A DNA stretch of 34,031 bases, taken from Pseudobacteriovorax sp. (lineage in GTDB: Bacteria > Bdellovibrionota_B > Oligoflexia > Oligoflexales > Oligoflexaceae). The translations under genes were made by a program, and so were the position numbers. The notes beneath the pieces were generated by a model. That model saw only the letters and a list, made by a program, of their open reading frames with translations. It was not told the origin of the DNA and searched no databases. The first letter of the stretch is position 1, and every line of letters starts with the position of its first letter. The stretch is from contig JBNKNM010000043.1 of the NCBI GenBank assembly GCA_050293845.1, positions 1 through 34,031 on the forward strand, in the 5' to 3' direction. This document shows positions 17,373 through 27,309 of this stretch, piece by piece.

Positions 17373-19061
17373 ATGGTAAAAATCGCAATTATTATATTAA
17401 TCTTTAGTAACGTAAGTTGCGGTGGCCGTGGCTCATCAGGTAGCGTTCAGATTCCTCCACCTCCACCTAGTTGCCAAGCGAGCCAAGGCTGGGACGAACA
17501 GGCACAGACCTGTGTCGATCAAGGGCTCACCTGCGAAGAAGGTCTCAGGTTCAATAAACAGCTGCAACGATGCGAGCTTCCAGCCAGTGAAGCTGAGATT
17601 TGTATCGATTCGGGGCTGATCTGGGACGAAAGCAAGCAGCAGTGCCTGCAGCCAGATGAAGTTTGCCCTTCGGGTACCTGCAGCGAAGTCAAGGCGGAGT
17701 GCAACGACAGTGATCGGTTTTGGTTTGAGGAAGAGCAGGGCTGCTATGACTCTGAAGAAGCTGTTTGTACAAAAAAAGATGGTATATGGACGCCGGAGGG
17801 CTGTAACCTTAAGCTCGACTGCTCAACTCCCTTAAAGTGGAGTTCCTATCACTATCAGTGTATCGACGAAGACTGGTTTGTTTACGGCATTGAAGATCGA
17901 TTCGATGTCGCTCAGTACCATTTGCAGACAGCAAAGTACAATTATTTATTCTATTGGCTTGATGCCATCAATGACCTCGATCTTAAAACAGCCTACCCGG
18001 CAGTTGAAATCATCAAGGTCGAGAAGAGTAGCGGGCGCCAAGTCTGGGCTCGAACCTACGAAGAAGGCCACATCTACCACGAAATTGTTAGTCTAGCCGA
18101 AGACAGTGATGGTAATTTAGTATTTCTCGGTAATAAAAAAGACAGCTACGCTTCCAGCTCTCGTGACGATGATATCGTTTATGGAAAAATCAACGGGCAG
18201 ACGGGAGATCTGATGTGGAGTAACTTCTCCTTCGGGACTGCTTATTCAGAGGAGGCTCGGGTAGTACTGATAGGCAACGATGGTGAGTACTTCATCATGG
18301 GTAATACTCAAGGGAGTCTTAGTGGTCAGCTTCTTGGTAAACAAGATATTTTTATCCGCGCTATCAATCCTGACGATGGCTCAGTGATTTGGCAAAAGCA
18401 AGGTTTTGGAGCTGAGTGGGAGTCCCTGGAGTCAGCAATCGTAAAAGACAAGAATATTATCTTAACTCATTTCACCTACGATGAGTTCACCCGGGTTGGT
18501 GATACTATGATTTCTATTTTCGATACCACTAATCGTAGTAACGTAACAACGAAGGTAATAGGTGAATCAGCGCGGTTACGGTTAAAAGGTCTAGCCTTGG
18601 ACGGCGATGACCTATATATCACTGGCTATACTACGGTCGACTTTGTCAACGGTAGCTACAACAATAATACCGATACCATCTATGCAAAACTCAGCTATCC
18701 AGATCTTGACTATATTTGGAAGCAACAACTGGGATCGGCGAACTGGGATTATATGTACCAGGTTGCGGTCGCCAGAGGTGACTATATTTACTTTTCTGGT
18801 ACTACTCAAGGAAATTTGTGGACAGATGGTAGTCAAAAAAACACCAACGATAGCGAAGATGGTATCGTCACTAAACTTGATAAAGCAACTGGCGTTGTGG
18901 CTTGGATCAGGCGCATGATAGAAGATAGCCCTACTATTGGTAACATTAGTAGTGGACCAAAAGGCGAGTTATACTATAGCTCTGCCCGCAAAGGTGGTTT
19001 ACTTTCTACCGGCTTACGAGATTATGACGCTATCATTAAACGTATAACTCCAGAAGGATGA
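17373..19061 (+). CDS. Lipoprotein with Cys-rich repeats and C-terminal beta-propeller (SBBP/PQQ-like)
   Basis: Start ATG 17373 after GGAGG; the ORF-track start at 17274 would cross the terminator. Lipobox NVSC, poly-Pro linker, about six C-x(4-6)-W/F-x(5-6)-C units, and propeller blades LYITGYT, IYFSGTTQGNL, DGIVTKLD. Confidence 0.7.
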   Translation: MVKIAIIILIFSNVSCGGRGSSGSVQIPPPPPSCQASQGWDEQAQTCVDQGLTCEEGLRFNKQLQRCELPASEAEICIDSGLIWDESKQQCLQPDEVCPSGTCSEVKAECNDSDRFWFEEEQGCYDSEEAVCTKKDGIWTPEGCNLKLDCSTPLKWSSYHYQCIDEDWFVYGIEDRFDVAQYHLQTAKYNYLFYWLDAINDLDLKTAYPAVEIIKVEKSSGRQVWARTYEEGHIYHEIVSLAEDSDGNLVFLGNKKDSYASSSRDDDIVYGKINGQTGDLMWSNFSFGTAYSEEARVVLIGNDGEYFIMGNTQGSLSGQLLGKQDIFIRAINPDDGSVIWQKQGFGAEWESLESAIVKDKNIILTHFTYDEFTRVGDTMISIFDTTNRSNVTTKVIGESARLRLKGLALDGDDLYITGYTTVDFVNGSYNNNTDTIYAKLSYPDLDYIWKQQLGSANWDYMYQVAVARGDYIYFSGTTQGNLWTDGSQKNTNDSEDGIVTKLDKATGVVAWIRRMIEDSPTIGNISSGPKGELYYSSARKGGLLSTGLRDYDAIIKRITPEG

Positions 19062-19064
19062 AAC

Positions 19065-20396
19065 ATGAAGCTCTTATATCTTTTGCTGTTCCTCATGAAT
19101 CTAATCTCAAGCTGCGGTGGTAGGAGTAGCTCACCGGACACCTTTCAAGATATTACACCCTGTCCGCAAGGGCAGGAATATAGCGATTCCCTTGGCCTTT
19201 GCTATACTCCGGAACAACCGAGCGCTCCTGTAAAGTCTCCCCAAGAGCTTTGCTTAGAGGATGGTCAGCAATGGCTACCGGAAACTTCTCAATGTGTGGC
19301 TCCCCCGTCCAGTTGTGAGGACTGTGTTAGCGAAGAGACCCCCGAACCGGTAACCCTAGTAGGGCAACCAGAAGCTGGGAAAATTGTAACCGTTGATAAT
19401 AAAAACGTTCATATCAGCTTTGCGGTTGACAGTGGCGGTGAAAGCTTTCTGCTCGCAACAACGATTCACGAAGGTCAGCTGCTCCCTAGGTCACACCTTA
19501 AAAGAACTAACGAAACGATCTTAGCTGTGAGTAGTAATCACGACACTGTCTATGTGCTAACAAGCGATAATAATGGTAACGTCACTCTACTAGCAGAAGA
19601 ACAAGGTACCTTTACTGAAATACTGAAGGTTAATGGCGATGATCAAGTGTTTTTAGCTTCTGCAACTACAACTGACGGACTTCTAATTTTAAGTGAGGCT
19701 AAAGCAAACGGGGGCGATGGAGATCTTGTTCTCAAAAAATTTGCTTATGCCGATAGCACCCTGAAAGACTTGACAAGGATAACAGCTCCTCAAAACTTTA
19801 ATCCTCATTTTCTACAAGTCGAGCAAGATAATATCATTATCATTGGCGAGTTGCGGCAAGCTAATCAGGTCATCACCCCGGCGATTGCTATGACGAATAT
19901 AGACACCGTCAGCACTATGGTGGAACCGATCCCATTGGTCGACTATCACCGGGTCGAAATCAAGAGCGTGGTAGCGATCGATGGTGACTTCATCATCGCT
20001 ACAGAAGCTCTTTTTGAGAATAGTTTAGATCGAGACCTCTACTTCACTCGTATAAGCGCAGATGGCGAGGTGATATGGAGCAATCATATCGGTAGCTTTC
20101 GCCGCGACGAAATAGTGAGTGCCAAGCTCTTAGGAGATTCGGTTTACGTTACTGGCACAAGCCTAGGTTCATTTATCAAAGAGTATAACTATGGCTCACC
20201 GGCTAGTTATTTAATGCGGATATCACCCAGTTCAGGTCGGATTTTGACTGTGAATCAAACCGTGAACGACAATTGGGAGATTCCATCTGATATATTCTTA
20301 GATGAAGATGAAAAGGTAAAAATCATCGTCGATTCGATTGATCGAAGTTTACCCGAGAGCGACTGGCTCCATGAAATAAAGTTATATTCCTACTAA
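19065..20396 (+). CDS. Lipoprotein with Cys-rich repeats and beta-propeller-like domain; paralog-like partner of the upstream gene
   Basis: Lipobox ISSC followed by GGRSS (upstream gene has CGGRGSS). Repeats CPQGQEYSDSLGLC and CLEDGQQWLPETSQC. Blades GEVIWS and VYVTGTS. Starts 3 nt after the upstream stop. Confidence 0.65.
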   Translation: MKLLYLLLFLMNLISSCGGRSSSPDTFQDITPCPQGQEYSDSLGLCYTPEQPSAPVKSPQELCLEDGQQWLPETSQCVAPPSSCEDCVSEETPEPVTLVGQPEAGKIVTVDNKNVHISFAVDSGGESFLLATTIHEGQLLPRSHLKRTNETILAVSSNHDTVYVLTSDNNGNVTLLAEEQGTFTEILKVNGDDQVFLASATTTDGLLILSEAKANGGDGDLVLKKFAYADSTLKDLTRITAPQNFNPHFLQVEQDNIIIIGELRQANQVITPAIAMTNIDTVSTMVEPIPLVDYHRVEIKSVVAIDGDFIIATEALFENSLDRDLYFTRISADGEVIWSNHIGSFRRDEIVSAKLLGDSVYVTGTSLGSFIKEYNYGSPASYLMRISPSSGRILTVNQTVNDNWEIPSDIFLDEDEKVKIIVDSIDRSLPESDWLHEIKLYSY

Positions 20397-20716
20397 GAGT
20401 TACTTAGTCTCATGGGCAGTAAAATAATTTATCTATAGTGTAAGTAATCAAGGGTATTATCTATGAAATATGTAATTACATCACTATTTTGGTAGCAGCA
20501 AGCTCAGCAAGCAGTATCACCCCGAGCTTTTTTCCTTGCCATCACTTTTTAAAAGAACAATGAGCTTTGTCTACCTAATCCCCGAAGACTAGGCTCATGA
20601 TCCGACCTTTATCGCCCTAAACGATGGCTAGACAGAAAATAGCTACTGGAGTAGCTCTTATCCATGGATCGCTCCACTTGTTTAATCGTAACGAGTTGGA
20701 AACAAAGAGTACCTTT

Positions 20717-21630
20717 TATACCGATCCGGTTTGCGTTTTCCGGTTTAGAAAAAAGTGCTTTGCAAAACCTTGATTTTGTTGAATCATTTCATGATGAAAC
20801 GTTTTCTGACAACAAGTCAACGCCAAGAACTCCTGGACGAACTGTCGCGTGAGAGTAGCCGCCAATATGCGGATCGTATTCGAATCATTCTTTGACGCAG
20901 GTGAAGCTCTGGTTGATATCGCCCGCTTTCTTATTCTTGGCAGGGGACGTTCACCATTGGAGGGGGCATTACGAAGAAGAATGTATTGAGAAGTAACTCA
21001 ACGACCACTACGTGGACCGCTTCGCTTTGCTCAATGAACAACAACTCTCTGAGTTATCTGAGGAGTTATCGTCAAGTGTTTACTCAACGACAAAGAGCGT
21101 TGTAGAATACATGGAAAATCGCTTTGCCGTCAGCTATTCTGTTGGCGACATGACAAGCCCTTTTTCATCGACTTGGTTTTTCCTATAAGAAGCCAAAAGG
21201 GGTACCAACGAAAGCCGATGCAGATAAACAGCGTCATTTTTTGGATACCGTTAACCAGAGTTCAATATGCAAGCTCTTGAGAGCGATTCGCTGAAAGAAT
21301 CCAGGCGAAGAACATCTTTACATTTTTTAGACAACGCTCCTTACAATCGCACGCGATCTGTGCGCAACTAGCAAAGAAGCTAGCGATAAAAATTCTCTAC
21401 TTGTGTCTCCATATTCGCCAAATTTGAATCCTATTGAGCGACTTTGGAAGTTTATGAAGAGAAAAACTCTAGCTAACGAGCACTATGAGACCATCGCCGC
21501 ATTCAGATTGGATCTGTCGGAATTCTTTTGAAGCATTCGTAAATATCGCGCTGAGCCTGAGACATTGCTCACTGACAATTTTCAAATTATACAGGCTTGA
21601 AAACCGGAAAACTTAAACCGGATCTGTATA
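20717..21630 (+). mobile_element. Degraded IS630-family element with terminal inverted repeats and TA duplication
   Basis: Left end TATACCGATCCGGTTTGCGTTTTCCGGTTT versus right-end reverse complement TATACAGATCCGGTTTAAGTTTTCCGGTTT (27/30). Broken transposase pieces: HRLGFSYKKPKGVP (HTH), LDNAPYNR, and PYSPNLNPIERLWKFMKRK (21409-21465, DDE_3). Confidence 0.9.
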
Positions 21631-21725
21631 ACACAAAAGTACATGATTATTATACAGAATGGTGCACCCTACCATCACAGATAGGGATGTGAGAGATTTT
21701 TTAAAATTCAAATAAGCCTTTGTTG

Positions 21726-22199
21726 CTATTTCAGGATTGTCACACATTCTAGAGAAATATCTATGTCAAAAACACCGTATCCAGGACCGCCATTGCGAGT
21801 TGCTCTCACTTCAATGACATCACCTTCATCAGCGCCGACAAAGGTAGAAGTGTTATGGGTTTTATCTGAAGCCGTATTGTAATCGGATTTAATCAAATTT
21901 CCATTTTTCGCTATAAATACAGCACTTAAAGGTGATACAGAGCCAACCCCATTGACCGTGATGTAGTACCGCGCCCGGCGAGGTACATTAAAAGTAAATA
22001 CTGACTGAGCTCCCTCAAATCCATTGAGCGTCGGCGCTCTTCCGACAAACGTGTAATCTTTCTTGATAGCCATACAATCTTTAATATCTTGAATTTCCTC
22101 TGATAATGAGTCAGCTCGTGTTAAAAGTTCCACGTCTATTGGGGACTGAGCTAATAGATTTGTCGTAATAGCTAAAAATAATAAAGTAATAATTTTCAT
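21726..22199 (-). CDS. Secreted protein with short coiled segment and C1q/TNF-like beta-sandwich
   Basis: Start ATG 22199 after GAAGGA, with a signal peptide. FTFNVPRRARYYITV...VFIAKNG...ADEGDVIEVRA resembles the C1q-like pattern F..P..G.Y...kNG...L..GD.v.v. Confidence 0.5.
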   Translation of the reverse strand: MKIITLLFLAITTNLLAQSPIDVELLTRADSLSEEIQDIKDCMAIKKDYTFVGRAPTLNGFEGAQSVFTFNVPRRARYYITVNGVGSVSPLSAVFIAKNGNLIKSDYNTASDKTHNTSTFVGADEGDVIEVRATRNGGPGYGVFDIDISLECVTILK

Positions 22200-22523
22200 A
22201 GTCTTTCCTTCTCGTTTTAGTTCAAACTGAATTTTAGACACTAGGGGTTAAATTTTATTGCAGTAAAATTTTCCAATGCAGAGTGTAAATATAGGGGTTG
22301 TTGACAATTTACATAGATACCCAGATTGGCGAGCTCTTCATACAATCCATGTTTGCATAAAGGAACTACTCCTAAGCCATTTGTATCAACGCACACTGAG
22401 GTTTGTAAAGTTGTTAAGACTTACCGTCGACGGTTTTTCAGATCTTATGAAATTGTTAGCTAGTGTTTGATATGTTCTTATCCAGTATGATCACATCACA
22501 ATGATTCAACACTTGGAGTATCC

Positions 22524-22880
22524 ATGGTTCGTTCGACACTTTCCAATATCAGTTCAGAAGCCTTAACAGAGATGAATCAATTTCATCCAGAGATGGTAAA
22601 ATCAGTCTCAGATGCTATCTCTAAATACCCTTTAGTGGTGGTAGGTATGGCGCAAAACCCGGTAGTTAAGCAGGCTCGCAACGCGTTGAAGGATGCCAGC
22701 ATCACCTATAAATATCTAGAGTATGGAAGCTATTTTAGCCAATGGCGCAAGCGACTGGCAATCAAACTCTGGAGTGGATGGCCAACCTTCCCTCAGGTAT
22801 TTGTAGATGGGAGGTTAATCGGTGGCGCAAAAGAAACACTAGCAGCCATTAAAGCTGGCAAGATAAAATCAAAGCCTTAA
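22524..22880 (+). CDS. Glutaredoxin-like protein lacking cysteine
   Basis: WSGWPTFPQVFVDGRLIGG monothiol-Grx motif. The active-site region reads GMAQNPVVK. RBS GGAG. Confidence 0.85.
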   Translation: MVRSTLSNISSEALTEMNQFHPEMVKSVSDAISKYPLVVVGMAQNPVVKQARNALKDASITYKYLEYGSYFSQWRKRLAIKLWSGWPTFPQVFVDGRLIGGAKETLAAIKAGKIKSKP

Positions 22881-23230
22881 TTCCTACAAATCCTAATTTC
22901 AAAGATGATGACGGAAGGAATCGGACGGATAATTTTAAACAACTATGGTCTTTTTCTATAAAAGGTTTTGTTTATAAGAACGAAGGTGCCGATGCTATTT
23001 TAGACTTGGCATTAGAGTCAAATAGATAGACCGTAAATAATTTCCAGAACCTCCCGTTTTAAAAGCGAATAAAACGTCTCCGTGGGTTGCGCGCTATTGG
23101 GGATTAAGTATGAGGCTCGACAATAAATTTTTTAACATTACTCACCGAAACCCTCCCTCTAGAACGTAGATAACCGAAGGTGGTCAAGGCTTAGAGGAAA
23201 ATAGATTTTAGATTGTTGACAAATTTGCTC

Positions 23231-23410
23231 CGCATAGAAAAATTACTTCGCTCTAGAGCGAGGCCCTCTGTCTCATGAGCGAGATTAGCCTAGATGAAAA
23301 AGGAAATAAACTCTATGAGTTAAAAAATTCCTATAATGGCGATACTCACGTCATGTTTCCCTAATTGAATTTGCTGAGAAATTCGTGTCAATAATACCGC
23401 CACCTCCTTC
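23231..23410 (+). pseudogene. Remnant of IS91/ISCR-like (Y2 HUH rolling-circle) transposase
   Basis: Across frameshifts it reads RIEKLLRSRARPSVS..RL / DEKGNKLYELKNSYNGDTHVMF / LIEFAEKFVSIIPPP. This matches the family pattern LErL.RY..RP....RL...G...Y.LK....G.TH..f.P.ef...L...iPpP. Confidence 0.7.
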
Positions 23411-23800
23411 AAGAAGTTAAAAGTCAAAGATAGGTAAATCGATGCTGTAAATTCCATTCCAATTGTTTATAATCATTACACTATGGCATAATTTGGCGGG
23501 AATCGATCAACCAATATCCTGACTTTGGCTATACAAATTGAGGAGATCTAGGGCAATAACCCATTCTGAAAGAGAAGGATTTGTGAGTTCAATCAGATCA
23601 TTTAATCGCTCATTATTGAAATTTATTGGAATCTTCAGGAAAGCTTGAAAGAGCTATTCTCATCTAAACAAGTTAGCCCCTTAGGACAAGCGCATCAAGC
23701 TGCTGCCTTAAGGGGCTCGGAACATACACGCAGTTCACTTACAAGGCAAGAGTAGGTGCCGTTCCAGAAAGAGGTCTTAACTAACCATTCAAGGTGTTGC

Positions 23801-24274
23801 TTATATCTCCCCATAAATCTCTAATTTCATGTTGTAGAATGCTGTACGTATGTCATTAAAAACGTCTTCAACGGTTCTTGCTTGGGATCGGTAGCGCCGT
23901 GCCAGAGTACGTTTAGTACTGTCAATTTGAAAAAATGTTAGCTCAATATCAGCAAAAAGGCTGTCGACGGCCTCTTGGTCCCAAGTATCTTGCTGAGCAA
24001 GGCTTGCCATATCCAAGGCTAATATATTCATCGCACGCGTTAATCTTACTGCTTTGCTATGGTAAAAACGAGTCACTTTAGAGTCTAGCTCTGACTCCAC
24101 ATAGCCCTTGGCAGAACGTGCCGTGAATGACAAATATAGGGCTGCATCTTCTACTGCCTGGTCTGCTTGGATAGTGATCGGTGCTACAGAGTCAACAGTG
24201 CCTCCCATAACAGGAGTTATACAAATTGGTAGTGTTACTGCTGTCATTAGTGCTATTTTGGCTATTGCTTTCAT
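23801..24274 (-). CDS. Secreted alpha-helical hypothetical protein
   Basis: 157-aa ORF with RBS AAGGAG, signal-peptide-like N-terminus and amphipathic helices. Confidence 0.7.
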   Translation of the reverse strand: MKAIAKIALMTAVTLPICITPVMGGTVDSVAPITIQADQAVEDAALYLSFTARSAKGYVESELDSKVTRFYHSKAVRLTRAMNILALDMASLAQQDTWDQEAVDSLFADIELTFFQIDSTKRTLARRYRSQARTVEDVFNDIRTAFYNMKLEIYGEI

Positions 24275-24441
24275 AGATACTCTCCTTGTACGGTCGATTG
24301 TCTTTGCAAATACAAAGTAAATTTCGAGGCAAAAAAATAAAAGGTTTAAAGATCAAAGTGTTCTGGGATCAAAAAAAATCGTATGATTCCCGTAATCTCT
24401 TGGGGAACAACCCAAGTTAATTCATGAAGGAGGAGAAAAAT

Positions 24442-26208
24442 ATGGTCCGTCTTAAAGGGCAATTTGCCACACCAAGCCAACTCAGATCGGCAATTGGAGT
24501 TGCTTTGGGAAAGGATAGGGCTGACCTAGTCATCAAAAATAGCCGGTTTCTGGATGTTTTTACAGGATGCTTTCGCACCGGAGATATTGCCATCGCTGGG
24601 AACTGTATAGTAGGCATAGGCGAGCATTATGAAGGGGAGCAGCTTATTGATGCAACAGATTTGTATCTGGTACCTGGATTTATCGACTCCCATGTTCATA
24701 TAGAATCGAGCTTGATGATCCCCGAACAGTTTGCAGGAATGGTACTGCCTCATGGAACCACAACTGCAATCTGGGACCCCCATGAAATCGCAAATGTGAA
24801 GGGGCTAAAGGGAATTGATTGGGCCTTAGAGGCTGCCAATCGCGTGCAGATGGATTTATTTGTTATGGTGCCAAGCTGTGTACCTTCTACAACACCAGCC
24901 ATGGATCTAGAGTCCAGTGGCGCTACCCTAAATGCGGCTGACTTAAGAGAATATCGGAATCACCCTAAGGTATTAGGATTAGCCGAGATGATGAACTATC
25001 CAGGAGTACTATTTGGCGACGATGATGTGCTAAATAAACTCACAGACTATAACCAAATGATCAGAGATGGCCATTGTCCGCTGCTCTCAGGAAAAGAACT
25101 GAATGCCTATGCATTGGCAGGTATCCAAACATGTCATGAGTCAACTTCACAGCAAGAAGCTTTAGAAAAGCTCAGCAAAGGAGTTCATTTACTCATCCGT
25201 GAAGGGTCCTGTGCAAAGGATGCATCAGAACTACTTCCGCTACTTACAGCTTTTAATTCATGTGGTGTTGGATTTTGTTCTGATGATCGCAATCCCCTTG
25301 ATATTTTGGAAGAAGGACATCTTAACTATATTGTTAACAAAGCTTTAATGAGTGGGATAGAGCCTGCCACTATTTTTCGTGCCGCAAGTTATGGGCCTGC
25401 CCTGATCTATGGATTACGGGATCGAGGGGCTATTGCACCTGGTTATCTCGCGGATTTTTGCCTGGTTCGCAAAAATCAAAGTGATTGGCGTCAAGGGATG
25501 ACAATTGAATCTGTGTATAAGTCTGGCTCCAAGGTTGAATTTTTTACGGGTGAGCCTGAGCGCACGTCCTTTCCAGGAAAAAATATGAATATAGATCCTG
25601 TGAAGGCTAATGATTTTATCATTCCAATGACTACAGAGGCAGCAACAGCAAGAGTTATAAAGGTTATACCAGGAAAAATTATAACCCATGATCTAACGGT
25701 TGAGGTGCAAAATAGCAAAGGGGATGCCCAGATAGATATAGCTCGTGATATTCTAAAAATCGCAGTGTTAGAAAGGCACCACAGGTCTGGTAATCGTACA
25801 GTTGGCTTCGTTAATGGTTTTAGCTTGACTAAGGGAGCGATTGCAACGAGCATCAATCACGATAGCCATAATATTATTACTGTGGGTGCAAGTAACCAAG
25901 ACTTAGCACTGGCTGTGAATGAGTTAATCCGCATTGATGGAGGCATTGTCGTCTGGGATGGTGAGGAATTCTTATCGCTACCTCTTCCGGTAGGTGGATT
26001 GATGAGCTATGATTCCCCAGTGCAAGTAGCTAATATACTTCGCACATTAAAGGCCAAAACGGCACAAATAGGATGTCAGTTAGTAGAACCATTTCTCCAA
26101 CTGTCATTTTTGGCTTTGCCAGTGATCCCCGAGCTGAAAATCACCGACCGTGGACTTGTCGATGTCACCACATTTTCCAAGTGCGCTATCCTAACAGCTA
26201 ACAGCTAA
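24442..26208 (+). CDS. ade: Adenine deaminase
   Basis: PGFIDSHVHIESS, DPHEIANV, PSCVP, GLAEMMNYPGV, DGHCP, HES, REGS, SDD, HDSHN, LSFLALPVIPELKITDRGL. The likely start is ATG 24442 after AGGAGG. Confidence 0.96.
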   Translation: MVRLKGQFATPSQLRSAIGVALGKDRADLVIKNSRFLDVFTGCFRTGDIAIAGNCIVGIGEHYEGEQLIDATDLYLVPGFIDSHVHIESSLMIPEQFAGMVLPHGTTTAIWDPHEIANVKGLKGIDWALEAANRVQMDLFVMVPSCVPSTTPAMDLESSGATLNAADLREYRNHPKVLGLAEMMNYPGVLFGDDDVLNKLTDYNQMIRDGHCPLLSGKELNAYALAGIQTCHESTSQQEALEKLSKGVHLLIREGSCAKDASELLPLLTAFNSCGVGFCSDDRNPLDILEEGHLNYIVNKALMSGIEPATIFRAASYGPALIYGLRDRGAIAPGYLADFCLVRKNQSDWRQGMTIESVYKSGSKVEFFTGEPERTSFPGKNMNIDPVKANDFIIPMTTEAATARVIKVIPGKIITHDLTVEVQNSKGDAQIDIARDILKIAVLERHHRSGNRTVGFVNGFSLTKGAIATSINHDSHNIITVGASNQDLALAVNELIRIDGGIVVWDGEEFLSLPLPVGGLMSYDSPVQVANILRTLKAKTAQIGCQLVEPFLQLSFLALPVIPELKITDRGLVDVTTFSKCAILTANS

Positions 26209-26225
26209 CAGCTAACAGCTAACAG
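26191..26225 (+). repeat. Heptamer tandem repeat (CTAACAG)x5 overlapping the ade stop codon
   Basis: Five exact copies. The TAA at 26206-26208 lies in copy 3. Confidence 0.95.
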
Positions 26226-26523
26226 AAGTGATTACTTTTCAATGACTTTAATGAGCAAATCAAGTTCTTGCTCGTTAAAGACATTAATGCCATGGCTCAC
26301 TAGCCATTGATTTATTTTGGGGTGTATAAATTGTTTACACTTTCCCTCGAATCTCACCCGCTCTCCCAATAAACGCGAACTAATCAAAATTTTTTCCATT
26401 ATAGATCAGAAAGAAATAACGGCCTTTAACCAACTGATATAATAGATGTAATTAATTCTTTTTGAATAGGCATACCAAATTCCGAAAGAAAAGGGAAGAT
26501 GTTTACTTAGGAGCCCTATATTC

Positions 26524-27309
26524 ATGGACCAGTACGATCCTTCCCACAAACTTGAAATGGCAGTTTTTACCATACCAGGAATGGTAGCTTTTGAAGGTCA
26601 GCATCATCTCCTTCACATATTCGAGCCTCGCTATCAAAAGATGGTAAAGTATTGTGTTGAAAATCGTAGCTTGCTAGGCCTTGCGCTTCCTAAGTATCCT
26701 TCAGCAACAGGGAATGGTGCTGAACTTGACATAAAACCTAATCAAAAAAAAATACCTTACTTTCAAGCTAATAAAATTCTTAGTGCTGGCTTGGTTAATA
26801 TCGTCAAAGAGCTTGAAGATGGTCGATTTCTGATTGCAGTGTCGATAAAATGTCGTTTTCGTATCATTGATATGGTGCAGTCTTTACCTTTTTTTATTGC
26901 CAATGCTGTGGCTCTGCCCAGCAGGGTAGAGAATATAGGATTAGCAGAACATACTTTTCAGCGCCTAAAAAACGTCAGTGAAGATATTTTGGGTGAGAAA
27001 TTTGTACACTTTGAAAAGCGAGTTCCCCACTTTATTTGGGAAAGGAAGGATTTACATGCTTTATTGGTCCGTGTTATGGAATGGTTTCGTCTAGAGGGCC
27101 ATGAGTTGCAAAAATTACTCGAAGAAGATGTGGTGGAAACCCGAGCTGCGCGTTTTATTGATGTTATGGAATTATACTATAAGCAGCTTCAGTCACGCCT
27201 TGAACAAGAATCAAGCCATCCTGATATTAGCCACCCCTCAAAAATAGCTACCCCCCTAACCAGCAGTAGCAAAAATGTAATAAAGGTGAATTTTGGAAAA
27301 GCAAAATAG
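26524..27309 (+). CDS. LON peptidase N-terminal (substrate-binding/PUA-like) domain protein
   Basis: LHIFEPRYQKMV and ELEDGRFLI...RFRI motifs. No AAA or protease domain. Confidence 0.85.
   Translation: MDQYDPSHKLEMAVFTIPGMVAFEGQHHLLHIFEPRYQKMVKYCVENRSLLGLALPKYPSATGNGAELDIKPNQKKIPYFQANKILSAGLVNIVKELEDGRFLIAVSIKCRFRIIDMVQSLPFFIANAVALPSRVENIGLAEHTFQRLKNVSEDILGEKFVHFEKRVPHFIWERKDLHALLVRVMEWFRLEGHELQKLLEEDVVETRAARFIDVMELYYKQLQSRLEQESSHPDISHPSKIATPLTSSSKNVIKVNFGKAK

Noticed and set aside
20463..20852. Short ORFs after the lipoprotein pair (MKYVITSLFW*, and 20664-20852)
   Set aside because: The first stops after 10 codons and may be a decayed signal peptide. The second crosses the IS630 left TIR, so it is not a coherent gene.
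23417..23655. Minus-strand frame with few stops (LFQAFLKIPINFNNERL...)
   Set aside because: It has an internal stop, no start and no family resemblance, so a pseudogene call cannot be supported.
24375..24441. Possible purine riboswitch upstream of adenine deaminase (TCGTATGAT...)
   Set aside because: The conserved core (ATATGG loop, TTTCTACC, CCGTAAA, GACTA) is absent. The match is better explained as a -10-like element.
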